Assembly: GCA_036172245.1 (NCBI GenBank)
Contig: JAYWIR010000080.1
Location: 248,001 to 312,000 of the forward strand
Length of the DNA: 64,000 nucleotides
Direction of reading: 5' to 3'
From: Raillietiella orientalis
Taxonomy: Eukaryota
A program made the position numbers and the translations under genes. Below the pieces are notes generated by a model. The model worked only from the letters and a program-made list of their open reading frames with translations, ran no database searches and was not told where the DNA came from. Shown piece by piece: positions 14,201-23,632 of this stretch; position 1 is the stretch's first letter; each line of letters begins with the position of its first letter.

Positions 14201-17200
14201 ATCCCTGCTACTTCGAGGAACTAAGGGATCCGGAGCCGGGAAAGTTGACGCTGATGGAAGTCAAGGAGAGGAGGAGATTTCGTGCTACACTTGCCTTCCG
14301 ACGAAGAGCATGGCGACGCGTTCCGTCCGATTGAGAGAGCTGCTTAAAAAAAATCCCCGCCAGCAAGCAAATGTACCTGTATCTTTTCGAACGGAACTCC
14401 GAGATGTCGCCACTATTCAATTCCTGTAGTGGATAGCAGCGACCACCCGAGAAGATGGAGGGAAAGACGACCTTTGACTTCCTCTGGTTGAGCCACCCGA
14501 GAAGATGTAAGAAAGGAGGAACTGCAACCGAAGATACGAAGCGGATGCAGGGGTAGTAGCGAATGTCATCCTCCAGCTGTCTCATTGTCCAAACTGAGGG
14601 AAACTGAAAAGGGGGCAAGAATGGAGCATCTCCTCTCAAACTGAAGTTTCACCCCGCAGGTGGCGGTCTCGTCGCCGTAGAAGCATGTTGCTCTGCAGTA
14701 CCAAAAGAACGTCATCCTCGATGACGAAGATGACAAAAGAAAAAAAAGGCACAAGACGACAGAGGAAGGTGCTGCATTCTTCGTGGAGCCTGGGAGTGGA
14801 GGATTCCGATGAAAGTTTCCGTCTAGCAGTCCTCCTGTCATCTGTAGCTTCTGGACAAGCCAGGAAGACCGCGCACTAACTCCGCGAGTTCCTCGCCGGA
14901 CGAAGTTGCGCTCCTGCTGGGAAACGCGTTCCTCTTCACCCCGACTGAACTTTCCCGGAGAAGTGGTCATACTTAAGGAGGGTTCCATCTCGGTTCGCAT
15001 TTGGAAGGGCTTACGGAACCTTCCTCGCGATTCTAAGGTCCTTCTGAAGATGAACTTTCTTGCCATCCCCGTGAACGAGGACGCTCGTTTCCGGAACGGA
15101 ATTGGGATTCGCCCCAGCCAGGGAACTGGAAACTACGAAAGAGAGAGACCCTGAGCTTCCCTCCTTTCGTAGGTCCGAGAGGGCTACCCTTGGGATTGGG
15201 TTCAGAGCAGAGAGCCGGGAGGGGGAGAGTAGCTGGAATGGACACACTGAAATTTGGAACGAGGGGAGCCACCGTTGGGAAATGGGGAGATTCGAACGCT
15301 CCCCGGAGCTGGGCACTCGAAGCGCGATGACCTCTTTTAATCATTCGTGTGTACGTGTCGTGCGTCGACTGCTGCCAGTAAGGCGGGTTCTACGGGGGAT
15401 CCCTGCTCACAGCTTTCCCACGAGGTGACCACCGCCCTCCCACCCAGTCGGACGGCGATTTGGAAGCCAATAGCTTTGAGAAAAGTTTCGGTTTCGGGCA
15501 ACGGTGCGGGAGCACTGGCAAGTTTCGCCTCAGGGGAAGTCGTCTCCCGACTCACGGAAGCTCCGCTGCGGCAACGGGAACCCCTGGGGACTGAGCGTCT
15601 GCGAAGGGGAAGATTTCATGGGGAAGCTTCCAGTTCGCAAACGGGGGAAAGGCTTTCTGATCCGATGCCATTTGACCTAGGTGACCCAAGACGGAAAAGT
15701 CTGTGAGAGAACCGGAAAGCGAGTGCGAGGACCCAATGTTCTTGAAGAAGAAGAAAAAAAATAGGGAGGGAGTTTCTCCTTGCGAATCTTCTTGGAAACT
15801 AGGAGACCGGGTGGGCTGGTCGAAGTGGCCACGAAAACTCTCTCCATTGACCAATCCAGAAACAGATCCTCTCTGCTTTCCCTCTCTCTTTTCGTGTCCT
15901 TCCGCTTAAGGTGTTCTCTCTTTCACAGGCCCAGCGAGCGGAAGAAGAGAAGAAGCTGGAGGAGATGAAAAGGAAGGAGGAGTTGAGGAGGCAGAAGGAG
16001 ATGGAAGAGAAGAAGCAGAGGGAGGCGGAAGAGAAGAAGAAGCGCCTAGAGGAGATCGAGAAGAAAAGGCAGGCCATGTTCCAGACCAAGGAAAGCCAGA
16101 ACTTCCGACCTAACTACAAAATCGAGAAGAGAGACTCCTCTGGAAACATCGCTCCCAGCACGTTCGCGGCCGACGACCCGAGGGCCGAATTCATGAAGAG
16201 CAAGGAACAGCTGGAGGAGGACAAGAAGATCGCTTTGCAGTTCCGGATCAAGCCGCTCAACATCGACAGCCTCGGGCTGCCGCAGCTGAAGGCCAAGGCG
16301 CAGGAGCTGTGGACCATGATCGTGAAACTGGAGACCGAGAAGTACGACCTGGAGGAGAGGCAGAAAAGGCAGGACTACGATGTGAGTAGCGATCCCTCGC
16401 TCCCGCCTCCATGCTTCCGCCTCCTCTTCAGCTCAAGGAGTTGCACGAGCGCCAGAAGCAGCAGCTGAGGCTCAAGGCCATCAGGCTGGGACTGGAGCCG
16501 GAGTAAGTACGACCCGCGCGGAGACTCGCAAAGCGACGGCTGCCCTGGGTGTTCCACCACCAGGCACGTGGCGGTAGCACCCCAGGGCATCCGTTCCAGG
16601 GATGCCCTTCCTAACCGTCCGATTTTTGTTGTTCCAGGGCGCTGACAGGGAAGCATCCAGTAAGTCGAGTTTCCCGTGGGGATTTTCCTTCAGGGACTCA
16701 CCTCTATTCCTGACATTTAGCCCAAGGTCAAAGTCGCGAGCAAGCACGAGAGGAGGGTGGATTCCAGGACCTTCACCGACAAAAAGGACCTGTTCATGGG
16801 AGTAAGTTTCCTGCGGGAGGGACACCTAGGGGCGGCAGAGGAGACGGGAACCGGGAGCACGCTCGAGCGTCGCCCGATCGGCTCGAAAGTTTTCTTGGGA
16901 CCGGCTGCCGAAGCACGGATGGGGCCTGCGGTCGATGATTGGCTTTCCTGCAAACAGGACCTGAAATTCGTGGAGAGATCCACGGGAGATATCGCGTGGT
17001 GGTCGCGAGGGCTCTCTTGCTCCAACGCAAACATGCCATCGTCCAAGAAGTGCGAACGCCACTCGTTACAGAGGGAACATCGAAGGGGGAAAATCATGGC
17101 CGCCGCCTCAGGGGAGTGAAGGCAGCTTGGGAGTGTCCGATCCGCGAGAGGAAATCAGGCACACGGCTGAAGGCAGCCTCATGGAAGAGGAAAGACACAG

Positions 17201-20200
17201 CGGAAGACCCCCAGAACGCTCTGGGAGCATGAAAAGATGGGGATGCGGGAAACAACGAGGATTCCCGATCGGTTCCCCAGTGATGCGACGTTCTGTTCGC
17301 TTTCGATGGCTGGACCGTGCCGGTTGGCTCCGAGTACAATCCGAGAGATCGATCAAAGATTCCTCTTCGCCAAGCCTCCTATCCCTCAACCTAATCCTTC
17401 CCGTCTCTCCGAAGAGGATAGTCTCCCCTGATGGCCCGTGCTTTGAAGTCGCCACAAGGAAGACATGGAGAAGAGTCCATGCCCCCGTGGGTCGTCCAAG
17501 ACCCAAAGCAGCCCCCGAGAAGCCTTGTGGTTCCATAACCACGGAGGCGCTCTCCAATGCAAAACATCGTATCAGGCGCTGGTATCCAATCCACTCCAAT
17601 CCAACATGAAGTCCTCACACCTACCACAAATTTCATGAAAGCACTTGGATGGGTCCCCACCCCCTCCCCGCAAGTCGCCTCTCTTTCTCGTCTGCCTTTC
17701 TTACTCTTCCCTCGAAACCTCTTGCCAGTATCCAGCTCCCAACTTTTTTGCCGTGCCGGCGACGAACTCAGCACCCTGTTCCCTCCCACATAAAAGTCAA
17801 CAGACTCCGTGCAGCTGGGGCCATGGAAACGATCTTCCCTTTAAAACGGAAAGAACAAACAAACAAACAAAAAACACGTGAAGAGGAACTCTGGATCACG
17901 CAACTCTTCGTTCCGAGAGCGTCGCCAACCGACCACCACCCGACCGGTCACCGAACATGCAGCATGGAACTGTCGAAAACCGCCCACCGTCAGCAATATC
18001 AAGCGATCTTAGCAGCAGTGTCGTCTACCGGCTCTTGTTCGAGCTGCAGCTGCTGCATCCAAGGCAGTTTTTGGTTTTCTTTCGTTGTTGCCCGTTTCAC
18101 AAATCGAAACGTTCACGTATGTCTTTGCGTCTTTGGCCCCCGCAGAATCACGGTTCCCTGGGAAGATGGCTGCCCTCTTCAGATGCGAAAACCCTTAGAG
18201 GTCCTTCCCCTCCGTGAGGACGAAAATCTACGCCACAATCTACGCCTACAAAGAAAAAGATGTATGACCTTGGTCAGCTAGGTCACTTGCAGTCTGTTCG
18301 AAAGCGAGTGTTCGTTCGGCATCTGCGGTCCAGGTGTGTCGGTTCTGGCGTCCATCGATGACAACGGAATCGCCACTTGTCCACCACTGGAGCTCTGGAG
18401 AAAATCTGTGACACCGGACTGCACTGAAAAAGCCTCGAAGCCCGGGAATGAAAAATTTCCAAGGTTATCTGATCGATAAGTTCCTCAAGATCTGAAAAAA
18501 AGTCTTCCTTCAAAAAAGAAAACTCGCTAATCCGAGAACTGGAACCAAGTCAACTGGTATCAAAGAGACATCGGAAAAAAAAGAAGGAAAAGGCGCATGG
18601 TTGCAACATGAAATTAGGATCTGTGACAGCCAGGTTTAAGTCCAGATCCACAAATCCGTTGTGTCCTCCAGCAAACCGCTCGGAGCTGCGTCTTGTCCTG
18701 ACTGCTTCCTCAAAACTCTTCTCCAGATATTTCTTAAGTTCTTTCATCCGACCGTCTTTCGCTAAATGCACTCTCAATTCTTTTTCTTTTTCCCGGCTCG
18801 TTCGGGATGCGAGCAAAAAAAAAAACGCTTTCCTTCTCGACTAACACAGTGATTCCCAACACGGCAAAGAAACTATCAGTCGGGAGTCAGCTGTTAGCAG
18901 GGCTGACGGGTTGGTGAAAACGGAGATGCTTGTACTTGGATGTCTTTGCAAGCGACACACCCAGAGGTGGCAAATAAGATCCAGACGTCCACTCGTTGTA
19001 TTCTCTTTGCGAACGATAGGACTGCCTGGCTTCCTCAGTTTCAGGAAAACAGCATACAGATACCCGCACAGAATACATGCGATCGCGTCATTAGAAGGCA
19101 CATGAAATGTTACGATTCCAGAGAGCTGGAGGTTACTTGTTGCTGGGATATGGGGAGAGAGGCCCCTAAACAGTTGTGGGGCAAGAACATCAGCATAATT
19201 CCACGAGTGAAGGTTTTGTAGAAATTCTTGTGTATTCGAGCATCCCACGAATGTACAAATAGGAAGGTATTCTTTCAGTAGCGCCTTGCATTTTCAATCG
19301 AACGACAGCCAGCCATGTGGCTTGTACACAACCCTTGATCCCATTACGATAGAGCTTGAAACGCACTCTTCTTGAAGAAACTCTAATATCGAGACGGACA
19401 GTCTCCATGCTACTTTTGCACAGAGCAGTCTTCTGATGTTTTCCTCTTGGCAAGCTTCCTTTTGCCTTTCCGGAATCTGAATTCTTAGTCCAGCAACCTG
19501 TACTTTTTTCGGTATCTAGTTTGTGTTTACGGAGACCACATTCCACCGCAGTGTGCTACATTAAAGAGGATTGCATCTTGATAAACTCCATCTGAAATGG
19601 AACCTCTCCCAAACTGATTATGCTTGTTTCCTAGTACACATTTAAATCTCCAGGATACCCTGGAGGCTCCCTGTCCGATAAAACATGAGACCATTATCGC
19701 TTTTGCACGTTAATCTACCAGATTGGATACAGACTGACGTAGGGCTGTAATCAAAAAGCATGATCTGAAACTGCTAATAATCTCAAATTCGAAATTTCGA
19801 TTAAATCATTAACCATTTGAACTGCAGTCCCTCACAAGAACCGATGTTCCGATGCAGCTCTCTCATTAAAATTCCCGTTCCATGCATGATATGAATGATA
19901 ACCAATTTGTCACTTTCCTCAATGATCAGAACTTTCTCCATGAAACCACACAACGCAATTCTGAAAACGATGCGTTTCTCGTTTTCGACTGCTTCCATTA
20001 GATACTTTTCAGCTTGCGTTTACCATAAATCACACACGATCTGTCTTTAGAAGTTGAAATATTACTGCATAACATTTACTAATATCGAATTTCTCAGACG
20101 CACTGTCATTCCACAAGTAGGCTTTGTCTAATTTTTTTTTTAAATATCAAATGCTAAGAGCATCTATTGGGTGCACGGGTATATGAAACTTAAGTGATTT

Positions 20201-21815
20201 GCCTTATACAGCACTTCAGACTGACAACATAAATGCCTGTATAGTAGTACTAAAATAAAGTCAATCAGTAAGAAGGCTCCCGATTGCAATAAGTGCCTGA
20301 GAGTAAACAAATTCCAGTCTCTTTTGACTTATCAGATTGATAAGGCACTAAAAAAAGCAAAACCTCTCGTCTCAATAAGAGCAGTGAAAGAGATAAAGAT
20401 AAAATACATTTTGCATACGAAAAGCGACTGTCAACTGAGAGAAAAAAAAAATCATGCTTCAGGATGAAACAAAACAATCTTTCGAAGAGACGCTTGTTTA
20501 AATGTTATCAAAATCACAGAATGGCTGAACACTAAAGAATGCTAAACATATAAATGAATTAATCAAAAAAAAAATTTATGAAAGGCAGAAAAGTTTCTGT
20601 GTGTTTCAACATATGAAAACTGAATTCATAATTTTACAGAGTTCATGGGTCATATAAAGCATGTGCACACTTGATACACTTGGTGTACTTAAAACGAATG
20701 AATGGATAAGATTGCAGTGATGTCCCATACCATATAAAACTAAGTTGTAAGGATTTTAAACATTCGTGTAGAACAGGATTGACTTGAATTATAAAAGAAG
20801 TATGCATCTAGTTCTTTGGCTCCACTGAGGAGCAAAAAAAATTGATAATCAACCAATTCTTTTTCAGTTGATAAACTATATACCCATATTTACGAGTGTT
20901 TTGTTTTAATAAGAACTAGAAACAAGCCTTTTTTTCTTTTCTTTTTTTAAATTAAGTAAACCCAAGCAGGAAACGCATTTCTTAGAAAACAGTGAGGAGG
21001 TTTTAGGAATATTCTAAAACTATCTGAAAATACACTTCCAGTTGAATGAAACGTATACCGAAAAAAGGTTTTCCAACATGTATGAGAGTTTTTAATCGAT
21101 AAACATTACAAAGAATGCCTGTGAAATACAAAGCTTGAAACTCAAAAAAAAAAAAGTAAAGCAATTTATCGTTTATAGATAGAAAAAGACATAAGCCGCA
21201 TCCTTTCACTTCAGAAATGAAAACCTTTGGTGATATCCGAGTACCAAAAACTGAATTAAACAATTTACATACCTATGTACTTAAAATCAACTTTGAAAAA
21301 CTTTCATCTGTACCGTATTTTAACTTATTGGCTATTTCTCTGAAATATGCTTTCCATAGGGCTTGGAAAACCAGGACAAAGAAACAATGGAAAATGCCTG
21401 GAAAGAAAAAATGACCCAGTTTGATCAACGATCAAAAGGTAATTAACACAATTGGTGTGAGTATTATACGTACCATACTCATAGTATGCATGTCTCATTC
21501 TTAGAAACTGGAGGTTTCTTTAGTCACTCTGAAAAACTAATTGAAACACAAGTATTATAGTACAAATCGATTTGAAATGCACTTAAAAATTCTCTACATT
21601 TAGGAAGGTTACCCAAGTGGTTTGGAGAACGCCCAGGTAAAAAACAGGATGAACCAGATACACCCGAAAATGAAGAAGAAAAGGGACAGGAATTGGATTT
21701 GGATTCCTTGAAACCCTTAAATTTCGAAGATGAAGACAAACATGAGGAGGAAGAGGAAGAGGAGGAAGAACCGGAAGAGGAGGAAGAGGAGGAGGAAGAA
21801 GAGGAGGACGACTGA
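8296..21815 (+). CDS. TnT: Troponin T (arthropod type, C-terminal poly-Glu tail), 383 aa
   Basis: Exons: 8296-8321 (MSEDDEVYS), 12370-12399, 13735-13783 (KHEEEKKDGGAPDFLK), 13872-14000 (IDEQIKEYVEEWRKQR), 15929-16381 (KLETEKYDLEERQKRQDYD), 16432-16502, 16638-16659 (ALTGKHP), 16721-16801 (PKVKVASKHERRVDSRTF), 21360-21438 and 21604-21815 (LPKWFGERPGKK...poly-E, TGA). All introns are GT-AG with consistent phases; total 1152 nt. Confidence 0.95.
12370..12399 (+). CDS. TnT: 30-nt poly-Glu micro-exon of troponin T (symmetric phase 2, skippable)
   Basis: tattttcag|T GAA GAG GAG GAG GAA GAG GAA GAA GAA GA|gtaagt. It fits the phase-2 ends of the flanking exons. Confidence 0.8.
12670..12787 (+). repeat. 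~110-bp interspersed repeat, copy 1 (TnT intron)
   Basis: gttccgtccga...gagagctg...ttaaaaa..aatccccgccagcaag...atcttttcgaacgga.ctcc is shared with 14320-14432. Confidence 0.85.
14320..14432 (+). repeat. ~110-bp interspersed repeat, copy 2 (TnT intron)
   Basis: Diverged direct copy of 12670-12787. Confidence 0.85.
18300..19560 (-). mobile_element. Degraded LINE (RTE-like) remnants in the long TnT intron
   Basis: KEDFFSDLEELIDQI resembles the RTE endonuclease KxxFYxxL motif. FKLYRNGIKGCVQA resembles the RT FxxxxGVxQGCVLA motif. Fragmentary. Confidence 0.25.
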
Positions 21816-22186
21816 AGTATTTCATTGATAAATGGAAAGGTATGCAAGCACAGTCTCGAGATTTATTCATTTTTATACATTTCCTACAAGATATGCGCCT
21901 TCCCACTGCGTGCATTTTTTCCAATTGTTGTGTGTGCTGCTAAGTAAATGTGTTTGATGAAAGCTTCTACTGCACGCACTTCATGCCAAATCCCATTCTT
22001 AACCATTGCTGCTGTAGAATAGATCCGCACAAATGTAGTGCCATCTCCAAATAAAATTGTGTATGCATATGTATGTTTGCATATCTGGGAACACCAGAAC
22101 AACTCTTGAATGAGTACTTTCCAGACAGCTGATTGTACAGGGAATGCACCAATATACAAAAATAGTGTTAAATCTTTTATCACATC

Positions 22187-22258
22187 TAACTGGGATAATT
22201 TACATTTGGGTGAAGACAGCAATAACTGGGACAAATTTACATTTGGGTGAAGAAGACA
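22187..22258. repeat. Tandem ~35-bp duplication in the PP2C 3' UTR
   Basis: taactggga.aatttacatttgggtgaaga occurs twice, starting at ~22187 and ~22223. Confidence 0.85.
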
Positions 22259-22266
22259 GGAACTTT

Positions 22267-23456
22267 TCAACTGAGCTTAAAATCGGGCTCCCATGGGGGG
22301 GATGGGAGTCGAGAATTGGCGGCCAGATGCTCCGAGTACTGTTGATAAGTACGACCATGCAAAAAACACACGATGGTGACAGTCATATTATCACAGCCTA
22401 TTCCTGCCATGTGGGATTCAGGAGAAAGGCAGTGATCAATCAGGGCTTCAGAGATCACCCCTGGTTCTTTTTGGTTTATAATGCCTTCACGAATAAAATC
22501 AACAACTTCCTGGAAAACACTTGTTTTCTCAACACTCAGAACGAAAATATCTACCTGACTGGAAAGCACATCCCAAATACCATCACAAGCTAGAACACAA
22601 AACTCCCATTTAGGAGTAAGCTCATGTACTGTGACATCAGGTAGTGCTAAGGATTCACATTCACTTATGTCTTCATAAAGACATCCTACCTGTGATCACC
22701 TGTTTCTCAGGCTCCTTTGCATCATTTTTTTTAAACATAAAATCACCAAATGCACGTGAAAGTGCTAAGGTACCATTCACCCGATTGAATTCAATCCATC
22801 CTCCTGCCTCTTGGATACGCTTGGCTTCTTCCTCATTATTAGGCTTGTGATCATTGGATAGATTTTTGGCTACTCCACCAATAGATGCAACACAGCGAGA
22901 ATCTCCTACATTTGCCTGAAATCAATCTTCTGAGCATCCCCTTATTTTATAATGCACTTACACAATACAGTTTGTTATTTCTAACAAGTAAGCAACATGC
23001 AGTAGAACCAGAGGTATCATCTTTCAAATCAGCATTGGTTAATAAAGACTGGTCAAAATCCATAAACCCCTGAATACCATCATCTAAAATTTATATCAAA
23101 TGCATCTACCTCCTACTTGCATGAGAGCCTCTTCAATATTTCCTTCTTGATACTCGGGTCGTTTCATTATAAATTTATGTAAGTTTTTCCCAGCATGCTC
23201 TGCTACTGCAACTCCTGGAAATGAGTTTAAGGGGTAGCTAAAATTTTAAACTCATTTGGCTTCCTATACCTCCATGACCATCATAAACCCCAAAGAAGGC
23301 TGAGAAAGGATCATTTGGAAGGGATAAAATGGTGGTGTGAGCATCTTCCATATTAATTCTCCACCCCTGCATGCATGAAGATCCAACCCGTACAAATTCA
23401 TTCTGACAGGTTTCTGTGTCTTTGGTAGTGACAGGTTCTGAAAGTGTCTGACCCAT
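22267..23456 (-). CDS. Protein phosphatase 2C (PPM family, MGQTLSEP type; T23F11.1/CG17746-like), 317 aa
   Basis: Exons: 23456-23270 (MGQTLSEP..SCMQGWRINMEDAH..YDGHG), 23214-23117, 23069-22962 (SGSTAC), 22915-22690 (ANVGDSR..DHKP..RVNGTLALSRAFGDF), 22646-22555 (LACDGIWDV) and 22509-22267 (GCDNMT, TGA). Introns are 55, 47, 46, 43 and 45 nt; total 954 nt. The PP2C metal-binding Asp motifs are present. Confidence 0.95.
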
Positions 23457-23632
23457 CAGTGGTATGGCAGGCACAGTGCTGCCCACATGAGTTGGGATGG
23501 TGCTTGTACAACCTACAAGATACATATTTACACAATGAAGAAACAAGCAGTCCTTTATAAAGACCACCCCTCCCTCCCTCCAGAAACATATATTTCTTGA
23601 CTCTCCAAAACGCCAACAGTGAAGCACCATAT

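Noticed and set aside
17439..17473. FEVA/HKEDMEK resembling a third decayed copy of the TnT 79-nt exon
   Set aside because: It needs a frameshift, has no AG acceptor and is too short to distinguish from chance.
21524..21847. Poly-Ser minus-strand ORF
   Set aside because: It is the antisense shadow of the TnT poly-Glu tail.
23457..23630. N-terminal extension of PP2C suggested by ORF 23238-23630
   Set aside because: The family starts at the myristoylation-type MGQTLSEP, and the extension crosses a splice acceptor at 23513.
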